Assembly (NCBI GenBank): GCA_030704615.1
Contig: CM060732.1
Span: forward strand, 60,512,001 to 60,576,000
DNA from: Takakia lepidozioides
Lineage: Eukaryota > Plantae > Bryophyta
Direction: 5' to 3'
Length of the DNA: 64,000 bases
Shown: one piece after another, positions 49,617 through 61,508 of the stretch
Layout: the number at the start of each line of letters is the position of its first letter
Position numbering within the stretch: position 1 is the stretch's first letter
Translations under genes and position numbers: made by a program
The notes under the pieces: model-generated
Database searches by the model: none
The model's input: the letters and a program-made list of their open reading frames with translations, nothing else
What the model was told of the DNA's origin: nothing

Positions 49617-50440
49617 TTTCCTCTTCCCCGATGTGGCAGATGAAGGTTGATGGACAATGCCATCTTGCGCAATTTAAGGAAATAAATTTCAGTGTTCCCG
49701 CTGTCAGAAATAACCCGATGTAGTGTTTATTAGTTTTAGAGTGACCTCTACATTGCCAAGACATAAGTGTCCCGACAATGGACTACTATAAAGGACCAAG
49801 ATTAGACTACATATCGAACAATTGGAGATCATGAAAAGATGAACGTCGGCTGTCAAGTGGAGGTTCGTGGACGAATATTGTCGGGAGGAGTATTTAATAA
49901 GTTCTGCGGCTTCAAAATTACGGAGTTAGTTTGGGACCGCAAAACAAACTGCAAACGAAAGTGGAGAAATGATTTTGAAATTTACCATTGAAGGTCTCGC
50001 AGAGGAGCAATGTCCGATTCCCGCGGGCTTGGATTGACAAGGTGCCACAACATCCGAAGGAGTTCTCATGTGTTTGGAGTTCGTTTTTTTTTTTTATTAG
50101 TCTTTTGTTCGTTGGAAAGATTTCCTACAGAGGAAGGAAATGGCTCGGGGGCTCTTTTTCGCCTCTTTGATGCAGAACATTGTGCCACCAGTTCAGGGTC
50201 AGGCGTGTTGATGTTGAAGATGTTTTGCCATTGAACGACGGGGGGGGAGTAGAGGGGCAATAACAGACAAGTACAGAAAATTGTCCCTTGAGCACTCGAC
50301 ATCCTAGATGGAATGAAAACGCAACGAAAGAATAATTTACCTCGGAACTGCATTCCAATGCAGACGTCGTTTGACATGAAGGTCATAGTCTGTAGATTTT
50401 CTGACCTGGAGCGAGAGATGAATATCAAACCCCAAACTAA

Positions 50441-50683
50441 GTTTTGCTAGGTGGTTTATGCCGATGTTGTAAAAACCTTTTAGAACCAACATAAATTTTT
50501 CTATTATGTAAACACGTGATCTTGCAGATAAAAATTTCAAGTTCAGTCATTTTTTTAATTTTTTTAGTATGAGAACTTTTTGAAACAAATAGTGAACTCG
50601 GATTTTCACTTGAAGTTTTGGTAAGACCCGTAATTTATTAAGATTTATTTGAGAAATTTAGGTGTAATCGTCTTGAACTTTAG
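50441..50683 (-). repeat. ~240-bp repeat, inverted partner of 30909-31145
   Basis: Reverse-complement match to 30909-31145. Confidence 0.85.
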
Positions 50684-52399
50684 AACCATCTCGTTTGGAT
50701 CGCATGTTGAAGGAAGGTAGAGAAGATTTATCCATTGTTTGAAGATTTCTGATTTTGAATTTAGGGTGCTACACAACGGTCATGATATGACAGAGGCAGG
50801 AGATGAGATCTCTTACATTCCAACGTCGGAAGCGCGAGCTCATCATCTTCTCATCCTAGCTCATCTTCCTCGTCCTAGTTTATGTTCTTTGTCCTCGTCC
50901 TTGTGCTATGGATGCCGAAAAGCGGATGTGTTGAATTTGCTTCGATGAAGCGGAGCCCCTCGACAACCCCTGGAAGTGCATCGGCACTGCGGTCTCGTTG
51001 TCTTTGTAAGCTTGAATTGTGTTATGCGCGTAGCGTCTGTCTTACTGACACCTTTGTGGTTTCTACAGTTCGTGCATACGCGATGTTTAATACACTGGAT
51101 ATCTGGGAACTGGAAAAACCTACGTAGGAAGGAGGAATTTGAGCACTTCATCAATATCGTTGTATGTAAGATTCTTCATGTAAAAGAGGTCAATGTCAAA
51201 CTCAATTTGAAGCTCTATCTTTTGATACACTCGAATTCCTTTGGTGTGACCATTCAATAAATTCATGCCGTCTTTTTCGGTGAGTGTTTTTTCGTCAAAA
51301 TTCTCTCGAAAAGTGTGAAGAAAATACTTTGTGATACTTGCAAAATAAACCAGCTATTTGTTTTTAGCCTAACGTAACATATTTGATAAATATATAAATC
51401 AACAAATATATAGATAAATAATTCTAAATAAATAAATAATACTTATAACAAGTTCATCTCCAAACATCTTTCGAAGTTCTTCTCGGAAAGTAAATCCATC
51501 GAAAAACTCTTTAATAGCGCAGCCAGATTCAAATCTTATGAACACTGAATATGAAACAAATAAAAATATTCATACCCATTTTTGAAGGAGTGGTCATATC
51601 TTTAGTGTGGAGAAAAGAAAATAGAGATAGAAACAACAAAGAATAAATACAGATGAAGAGAGAAAATGAGACGAGAAAGAGAGAAATAGAGGAAAGAAGA
51701 TCTTATCTGTAGAAAATTTAGACATAAATAAACAAAGACAAGAAATTGAAGAAGAAACCCAAAGGAAGGCAAAAAAATAAAAAAAATAAAAATCTATTCT
51801 GCGGAAAAACTTACACAGAATAAAACATAACGGAGATCAAAGAAACACAAACGAAGGAAAAAGAAAAGAAGTAAGAGAAAGTTGTATTCTGTGAAAAAAC
51901 TTATATAGAAAGAAATATAAACAAAGAACAGAGAGTGAAGAAGAAACTCAAATGAAGGCAAATGAGAAGAACTAAGAGAAAGTTCAGTGAAAATAACTTG
52001 CATAAGAAAGAGAAGGAAATGAGCTTCATTCTCCATACTTATAGCAAAAAAAAAAGAGTACACAAACAAATGAATGAATGAAAAATAAAATAACTGGATG
52101 AGAACTGAATGAAAAATAGATATTTAATAATTTTATCTCACAAATTTTATAAATAGATATTAGCTGATGAAGGTTTATTAAAAAATTAGATGTCAGTGCA
52201 TTATAAATAGTCATATGAACGTTTATCGAGAAGTTAGAACATACTTTATTTTAATTACAATAAATGGTGACAACCTATATGCTCTATTAGTTTTCAGAAA
52301 TAATTGGTACATGTGATTCATAAATGTAATGACTAAAGTTGATACATTTAAGAATCAATAAATAAATAGAGAAAATACAAATTGTCATTTTAATTTTTT

Positions 52400-52945
52400 T
52401 TGCTTTAAGATCTCTTATAGAGCGAATATAAATTATAAATTATTTTCTAATAAATAATTTCACTATAAGGATTTGCTACAGTGGCTCTAAAGAGATCCTT
52501 AGGGTGAATATAACTAATAATTCTTTTTCTCTATTTCTTTGCTCTAAGGATTTCTTATAGAGTGGCTAAGAAATCCTTAGAACGAATATAAGTAGCAATT
52601 TGTTTTTTCTATTTTCTCATTCTATTATTGTTTTAGAGCGGCTCTAAAAAATTCTCAGAATGATTATTATTTGCTTTCATTAATTTTGTAGCTCTCAGGA
52701 TACTTTAGAGCGATTAAATTATAATTAATTTTAAATAAAAAATTAAAGCTAATAGAACAAATATAAATGACATTTGTTTTTTTCACTTTAAGGCGTTTTT
52801 AGAGTGGTTCTAAGAAATCCTTAGAGCGAATACACATAGTGATGTATTTCTCACTCTAAGGGTTTCTTAGAGCGGCTCTTAAAGCGAATACAAATAGTAA
52901 TTTATTTTTTTCTATTTTCTCGCTCTAAGGGTTTCTTAGAGCAAG
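52400..52945. repeat. Degenerate short-motif array (CTCTAAGG.TTTCTTAGAGCG hairpins), probable TE subterminal region
   Basis: Repeated CTCTAAG...CTTAGAG inverted motifs about every 50-100 bp. Confidence 0.6.
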
Positions 52946-53947
52946 CTCACTTGCTATGCCGCTCAGTAAACTTCCAGCTTGAGTGGAACAAGCAGGGGTC
53001 CATTGAAGGATGTTTGGGTTTTGTACGGAGGTAAATCATAGAATTACCGTCGATATTGGTGTAGCTTGGTGTAGCTGAATGTGAATCTCCTTCCAAGCAC
53101 ATAACTAGATCTCACGTTTTCAGAGTCTCTGCAAGAGGGATTGCAGCATTGAATCAGTTGATCAGTGATATCCTTTGTAGCAGATTGGATGGGCGTTGAT
53201 AAACTGACAGATCCACCCGCCGCTAATTATTCGTAATCTGTCTTTGAGTCCAAACGTGTTGTGTTGACATGGTAATTAACCTCTTGAAATCTGAAGAGGA
53301 AGTCTCCTTCTGTAAAGTCAGAAAGGTCATCATGAAATTTGTTTCCTTCTCGTTTCTTTTTACCTCTTGTTCCATAAGCTATTTGAGCTTCCTGCAGATG
53401 TCATAAACTACCAATGCATTTCATTTCTAAGGATCAGAAATGTAATGAAAATAAGCTTATAGGATCAGAAAGCTGCCAAAAATGCTTGCCAGCTTACCTG
53501 CAGAGTGCATAAGGTGTTGATTCTTAGGCAATCCCTCAAGCAGTAGTTGCTTCTCTTTCTTGTTTCTTTGCTGTCTTGTCCCATAAGCTCTTTGAGGTTA
53601 CAAAGTACCATCTCATTTCATTTCATTTCTTACTAATCAGACCTCCAATCAATTCAATCTCGTCTGAGGTCTTTTATCATGAGGACCAGAAATGGCTGGC
53701 AGCATATCTACATGAGGCTCTCCACATTAGAGAATATTTTTGGGCTGCTTGCTGACGGGCCCCACTTCCTTCTCGTATCATACTTTCTTTTATCCCATAA
53801 GCTCTTTGAGTTTTCTGTGGACATTATAAAGTTCCTTCCCTTTCTTTCTCTCAAGCTTCTGAGCTCTCAGTTCATGAAGCAAGGTAGGGTACTGGTTAGG
53901 GACCAATCGAGGTACTACCCTTCATTTATGAGCAACTCATGTGCCCT

Positions 53948-55133
53948 ATGAGTATAATATTCATCAGAGATCTGCTGGACAAGGTTCAAATCGGCAACAT
54001 CCCCATGTCACGCATCAATGATGCCGTGAGCGGCATCGAACCGCATCTTACTGGTGAGTTCAGCACGGGTCTCTTTCAGATGCCTTTACAGACAGACAAC
54101 TTGGTTCACCTCTTGGCCAGCCTGTAAGAGTAACATGCGAAGACTGCTTCCGTAACACCACAGCAATCACATGTATTTAGGCTAAGGCTCCTGATCTGGA
54201 AGCAGGGTTGGTAATTCTTGGCAGAATTCTCTCCACCTGTTTGTCATCCTTCTCACTCTCAACCTGGTCGGCATTCTGAGTTGTATTTTTGGTGAGGGTG
54301 GTGCTCAGTCACACCGGGTCCTCGCTCAAGAGGCTGTTTAGAAGTCATTGGTGCTATTTAAGAATGGGAAGACTGCTCCATTAGTACCTTTGGATAGAGC
54401 TGCGGAGAAGTTGGTGGCTACCACGCCAATGACATCGGCTTGCAAAGTGGAGGATGGACAATCTCCAAGTGAAGCCCTGGAAACACAACACTTGGTTGTT
54501 TGCCTTCTTTCCTACCGGTTCTGGCTCTTCGTGACAGTCTCCTATAAGCTGTGGGGTCAGTCATCGGAACCAAGGTTACAAGTACAGCATCACTGAATGT
54601 TTATGTACACTCCCTCTCTCACTTTCTCTTACCAGCACCGCATGCACATTAACACCGCTGCTGTGTACGAAATGTAGCTTGGCATCTCTTCTCTTCCTGC
54701 AGGAACCACAATCTTGGAAGGCATTGAAAGTGCAGTGCAAAATTTGACAGTAGTATATGAGCCGTTTCCGATGCAACACAGGCTTTTCATATGCAATTGT
54801 GGTGGTGGGAGAGCCCCCACAATCTCAACCTCAGCATTTCCTATCCAGGCACTGACATTATTCAAAATGTGTGGGCTGCAGTTGAATGTTTAGTGGTACT
54901 CATCTCTGGAAGGCCCCACTGGTGTTGGAACACCTATTTGCCTTTGATGGATGCACCTGTTGCAGCTTGGCTCCCAGGCAGTGAGGGCTATGGCATCGCT
55001 CATGTCATCTTTGGAGACTGAGAGTCCACAGGGAAGCTCCCACGCACATGGGTCCCGATCTGTAGAGCAGCTTCCTCTCAACATTGCGGATGCACCCTAT
55101 GATCCACCTTTCCCATTTGGCTTTGGATTGTAG
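53948..55133 (+). pseudogene. GH3 beta-glucosidase/exo-beta-glucanase, C-terminal exons, disrupted
   Basis: FIRDLL...IPMSRINDAV; KSLVLFKNGK..PLVPL; HANDIGLQSGGWTI; GTTILE; VVLISGRP; AAWLPGSEGYGIAHVIFGD; SVEQLPLNIADAPYDPPFPFGFGL*. Multiple frameshifts and stops; introns retained. Confidence 0.88.
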
Positions 55134-55597
55134 GGAAAATCTAATGTTCTCAGAAAGGGCTTGAGAATTGTACACACATGGTAGCACAAGGATGGCTACC
55201 ACAACACGGCTCATCTGAATCAACATAAGGTGCAGCACTGGATACATAGTAATAACACACCATGTGGGGTGTCCAACAAACTAAAGAGTCCAGCATTTCT
55301 ACAAAGATGAGTTGACAAAGGATACTCACATGCATCATACCTCCACATATCACCCGTCACCTGCTTTTGACCCACAGAACTGAATGAACATATTATTTCC
55401 TGCATGAGACCAGCTTTCTATCTGACATGGATGGGCAAATACTTGATTCCGACAGTCAGTAGGGAAATTACCCAACATTACCAACTTCCAAGGCAGTCCC
55501 CCTCGTAGTCAACCATCACACAAAACAGAAAGCAAAGCAACATCCAGCAAGAAAGATCCAACAATCAGGAAAGAGGCGGTGACGTGGGAGAACCTAA

Positions 55598-58500
55598 CTA
55601 ACCATCTTCATCATCTTCACAATCATAATCGTCCTCATCGGGATGCACCGAAGAGTGAGCTTGGTTCCCTTGTAATTGCGACGTGCTGGCTAAGACATTC
55701 CCACTATCTACAACAGTTTGGGATGCCACCACTAAATCTTGTTCTTCCTCTTCCTTCGCAGAGGTTTCGTCAGCAGCTGTGGCTATTTCTCCATTCTCGT
55801 CTAAGTCTATGTTGAGGTCAAATCCTAGAACCTTTGGAGGCCTGTCAGAAGGACCAGCTAAAGTTGGGCTAGGTTCCTGATTCACAAGTTTCTCTGTTTT
55901 AACCTTTGCAACTATGGGGTCTAAAGATATCTCAGGTCGTTCAAATGATGGCGAACGTGTATGGATGTCAGCATCTTCAGATTTCTCGGCCTTCTCAGTA
56001 AGCCCATTTCGACTACTAGGTGTACCATTGGCAGTGCCTCCTCTCCCTCTCCCTCTTCCTCGTCCCCGACCCCGACCTCTACCCGATATTGGCAGAATTT
56101 CCTGCTTATCACAGATAAGGTGTCACATGATACAGAAAACCCCATGACATGTTCCCTCGCAGTTCTCAGTACCTTCTGTGAATTCAGGTGAAAACAATGC
56201 ATGTTCTTCTAGATACAGTTTGCATCTCATGTCTCTCATCAAAAAACACCACCAACTAAACAGGCTGTCACTAACACATTCAAATTCAGCTGCAATTATT
56301 ATAGACTTAATTACTCATAACAAGCTGACAGGCTTCTTCTAAAAGATAGCACTGTAGAAAATCAGGCTAAAGACAATGATTGTATGAGTTACTGCCACTA
56401 GAATCCAATACATTCTACTGGCATGATTGCATTTGAAGTTGCGGTCATGATTTCCATACCAATTTTGGGCGTTTCACTTCTTCATCATCGCTGTCATTTT
56501 CATCTCCATCTGATATTTTCCTGTAGAGCAAAAGGAATAATCCAAGCATCACTACAAGCCAGCGAAACAATTGGTGACAAAATACGCTATACGTCAGAAG
56601 CTACCTCTACGCACTCCACACCTACCATGCATACAACGGGAAAGACTGCTGGTGGAATTTATCAAGGTCCATACAGTAACAAGGAAACCAGAGAATAGAA
56701 GTTTGGATATGAGGGAGAGGACACCTCCTCCGACCACCATTTTTCTCCTCGTAGTTGTTGTCTGTGCCAATGTCTGGGACTTTGGAAACGATCTCTTGTA
56801 GAAAGTCAAATACACTGTTTGCCTGCACACATTGCTTCCTGCATTCCAGATCTTGACACACATCAGAAACTTACTCAAAACCTGCACAATGAAAGGAAAT
56901 ATGTAGTCAAGAGTAGGGGTCTAAGAGAGAGAGGGAGAGACCTGGCAGGCAGGGGAATCCTGCACAAAGTCGCCAGGTTTGTATCCTCCCGACAACAGAC
57001 AGAAAGGGTAGGAATCTTGCCTTGTTGCTCATCTTTGATGCTACAGTATATTGGAAAATCTTAACCAAAGTGTCTATCCTCTGATATCTATCTCTATGTT
57101 GTGCAGCCTTTTCTGCTCTCTATTTCCAAGTTATCACTGAATGGCTGATGACCAAATCTGATCCTTCAACCTTTGACCCAGGACCTTTAAACTAGCTCTT
57201 GTAGCAACCATAAGGTAAAGTTATGAACTGTAAAGGATTTGATAACTCACAAGTGCAATGAACTCATTGTCTTTGCGCCTCTTCGCAATGTCATTTCATA
57301 TGTTTTGTCACATAAGTTCTGAAGGAAAAGCTCAAGAGCTTTGGCTGCACAATAACATGCAGATACAAGGCCAACTTTAACACACTTGAACAAATGTAAC
57401 TTGAAGAGAACCTGAGCATCAAACTTCCGGTAACAGAGGGTTTCAGGTGGGCCTCCCCTGTTTGAGCACCAGTTGCCTGGCGGACACCGGATAGAGAGCT
57501 AGAATTATTCTGTTGCCTGAACAGTTCAGGCACCAAATAGTGCCCGTGTCTAAAATGGCTATTGGCTTCATCAGCTTTTGCCAACCTCATCATGGGTTTT
57601 AACTATCTCCTTCCTCCCTCTCAGTCCCTCTCACCTCCTTGCCGTTCTGTTCGGTTTTCAACTGGTATTTGATAACATACATTTTGGTGACTTGAGCAAA
57701 TCGGTCAGTCTATGGCAAACAAGTCCATCCACCTGAGCGATGCCGGATTTGCTAGAGTCCATGTAGATGCCTCTACAGGTAGGTGTGGAAAAGCCAGGAA
57801 AAGAGATTAACAGGGAAGAAGAAAAGAGCTTAACAGCTTCCTAAGCACACCAGAGGGCCTATGGAACCCACAAAGAGTAGAACTGTCAGAGAAAATGAAA
57901 TGAGTCAAAAACCCCCAAATGGTGCTCAGAGACAGAGTGCCTCACACAAATTAAAAAAAAATGAAAAAATGAAATAACTATCCTTGTGCTGTGGTTTGAT
58001 TTGCTGTTGGCCACTAGCTGGCCATATGCTTTGTCCAACTTTTGGCTACCCTGAGTTGTGACATCTTAGCCTACCACCTCCATCACGGGCTTTTAGAACA
58101 GGATTCTAGAGTTCTGGAGCTTCTGCCAGTCATCTAGTTTTCCTGGAACTTGCTGGGAGGTAATATGATCTGGTAATGTGCTATCCCTTGGTTAGGCAGC
58201 TTGATACATTTGGGTCAGCTTTTCTTGGCTTGCAAAGTTGGCAATGAGGTATTTTCTGTGTACAATATAGGCGTGTTTCCCCTTCTCCTTGCCGGGAAAA
58301 AGAGAGAGAGTGTACTCATGAAATGTTTGCCTTAGCTTTGTGGCCACAGACCTGGCGCCCAGTTTGGGTGGAATAAGAGGGAAAAGACACTACCTTTGTG
58401 AGGGGCTCACTCCAGATACTTGGGTATAAACGATTGGTTCGGGCTTTCCAGATTTCCTCTAGAAAGCCTTCACACAAGCATCAATCTGCTGTGTGTGAGC

Positions 58501-61500
58501 TGCCCAGCAATTAGACCCCAACACGGCCCGGGCTTTAGGCTCGGTCTTGAGATTTTGAAAGTTTGTGAGCAGAGGTGCAGGGACTATGTTCTTGATGATC
58601 CTGAAGAGGGTCGCTCTCCGATGAGAATTCCCCAGACATTGTAGCAGAAAATAGGTATTATCTTCAGGCAGCCCTCACATCCGGCATTGACTATCTCCCT
58701 TTCCTCTCTGCATCTATTGTTCCAAGGTAGACTCTCCGCCCTGAGTTTCAAGTTCAGTCTAGTGCCAAGGGTAGGTAGGCCCTCCAGATCATCCTCAAGG
58801 TCCTCCTTAAGGCCTTCAGGCATTCGACATGGCATTAGACACCGCAACGTCGAGCTCAGCTTCACCTAGCAGGGTCAATTCTTCTGGGCAGATATTCAGA
58901 TACTTGAAAATCTCCTCTACTATTTCCCACCAGTACTGGCCTATTTAACCGGACGGTCTTGCTTCCAAGAAATAGAGCCAATCATCTTAGAATAGGCAAA
59001 CTGACCCCACCATCTGACATAGAACTCACCACGATGAGAGCTCAAGGGTGGTACGTCCAACTCGCTCCGAACAGGCATGTGAGCTGTTCTTAAGTGCACT
59101 GACATGCTCTCTTTGAGCACCGAAAGCTGAATGGATTCTAAGGTCTTAGCATGGTTGGAGTTGCCAAACCACACGGCAGATGCATACTCCAAGGTAGGCC
59201 TAATAAGGTTGCAAAGCATTGTCCTTTTTACTTTAGTATTATTCAGTGAGACCCAAAGCTTTGCATTTAGCTGTTTGAACGACTTTACGTACATGCGCAT
59301 CCCGGCTAAAACCCGAGGAAACTCAACACCAAGATATGTGAAGGGAGCACAGGTATCCCTTCACCACCCCAGGTTCATTTGCAATCCCGCCTCCCTTCCC
59401 ACGATCATTGAAGGCCACCACAGCACATAAAAGAGAATTGTACTCATAAGATGTTGTTAGCCGTAGCCTTGCGGCCATAAACCCCGCGCGTGCAGTTTGG
59501 GCAGAACAAAAGAGAATAGACACCAACTTTGTGAGGGCTCAGTCCAGTAGTAGGACTTACCTCGATATAGACAATGGGTTTACGCTTTCCGGATATCCTC
59601 TAGATACCCTTTGCACAAGCATCAACCTGCTGTATGTAAGCTGCCCAGCAATTAAATCACAACAGGCCAGGGCTTTTAGGCTCAGCCTCAAGATTTTCAA
59701 GGTTGGTGAACAGAGGTGTGGGAACAATGATCTTGATTTTCCCAAGAGAATATCCATCAGAAAATGATTATTATCTTCAGGCGGCTCGCACATCGGGTAA
59801 TTACTATCTCGTTTTCTTCTCTGCATCTGTTTATTGTTCCAAGGTAGGCTTCCCACCCTGAGTTTAAATTTCAGTCTAGTGCCGAGGGTAGGTAGGCCCT
59901 TCAGATCATCCTTAAGGTCCTCGCCCATGTCACAGACTGGTAACAAGTTCAGGAAGTTTTAAGTCTAAATAAATTTCATCGGACAGTCTTTGGGCATCAG
60001 ACATGGCAGTAGACACAGCCTCCAGGCCAGCTTCATCTAGCAGGGTCAATTCTTCTGGGCTAATACTCAGAACTTGAGATCTCTTCCACCCTTTTCCACC
60101 AAGACTTGACCTGTTTAAAGAGGATGGTCTTGCTTCCAAGAAATAGAGTCGATTATATTAGGGTATCTGATATTAACGATTCAACTGCTGACCTTGAACT
60201 CATCACATCGAGAGCAAGGGAGGTATGCCAAACTCGTCCTGAAGAGCCACATTAGCTGTTCTACAGCATGCTGACATGCTCTCTTTAAGCACCGCAACAT
60301 CAATGGATTCTAGAGATTTAGCATGGTTGGAGTTGTCGACACACACAGCAGATACGTACTCCGAGGCAGGCCTAATAGTGTTGCAAAGAGACAGAGAGTG
60401 AGAGAGACAGATGGATTCTTACAGATTAAAACTGGGGTAGCCATCGCAATCTTGCCCACTTCTTCATCAGCTTGCATTATCTTCTTTATTCGTGCCTAGA
60501 AATACAACAGCTTCAGGTCAGGCATCTTTACTACCAATAGATAAGAAAGAAAGAAGAGAGAGAAAATCTAGAGAGAAAGAGAGACAGAGAGAAGTATTCC
60601 TCAAATAAATTCAGGTGGCCCTTTCAGTAAGATTTAGATTTGTTTTTAAAAAAAAAGTTCCATGTAGCCTACTCTTTGGGAGGAAAAGTTCTAGTGTAGC
60701 TTTCTGTCAATGAATTCCTGAAAGGTCCTACATATGCTTAATTTTGTGGCAGTTAAACCATGTAGACCAGTTTTAAGTTATGTCCCCAAAACTTGAAAGA
60801 TAAACTTAACCCTAAGATCTTTTGTGAACAATACAGTTTCTATCCTGGGTCGATTATCTGTGCGTCAACTTGAGCTTCCCATCGAGGCTTCACTGCTTCT
60901 CAATGTATTTGAGTGCAGAAGTCTGCTGGCTTGTAAGGAAGAGTGCCACTGCCAAGACTAAGCACCATGAACTCTTTCTTGAACCAACGGCAAACCCTCA
61001 CAGAGAGGAGTGGCCTTGCAAGGCAGGAAAATATATTCAGTTTAACTGGAAAATCTGCCCATAAGTGAAAATTGAATTGCAAATGAAACTCAAGAGGGGA
61101 AGTCGATGCAGAGGCCTTAGCCCCAAATTTTCAAAACCGAACCAATAACAGACTTTTGGAAGGGATTTCGAGCAGTCACCGACTGCTCACTACAGTATGC
61201 ATGGTTGCGATGGCATAGTTCTCTTGCTGGCATGTCCGTTTAAGTTCCATACTTTTCAAAACTTTTTACACAAACCTTTAATCGGAACAGGGGAGGGGAC
61301 CGCTCGTTCAGGGGTATCCACTGCCCTAAATCATCGCAAGGGACCGTGGCAGGCTTCCAAAATTCCTAGAAATTTAACCTAACGTCTTTCTTTGCTGCCA
61401 TGTCCGGCTCACCACATCCTCCCGAAACCGCAACTCAAGATTTCCTTCACAAAAGCAAAAGTTTAGCCAACTCACAGCTGGAAACCGGGTGTCCAGTTTC

Positions 61501-61508
61501 TTCTTCAT
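55598..61508 (-). CDS. DRAP1: Dr1-associated corepressor / NC2-alpha (histone-fold, NF-YC-like), 6 exons, 292 aa
   Basis: Exons 61508-61476, 60495-60423, 57344-57251, 56838-56725, 56520-56460 and 56101-55598, all GT-AG and in phase (879 nt). Protein: [71 protein letters not shown]...FDFLQEIVSKVPD, then an RG repeat, FDLN motif and acidic DEDDYD tail. Confidence 0.93.
58380..60390 (-). mobile_element. Two tandem 5'-truncated LINE 3' fragments inside DRAP1 intron 2
   Basis: RT C-terminal LIRPTLEYASAVW...LESIQ...VRSELD and Cys/His C-terminal region (LKLR..SLPW..C..CE.PED..HF), repeated at ~58380-59340 and ~59520-60390. Confidence 0.8.
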
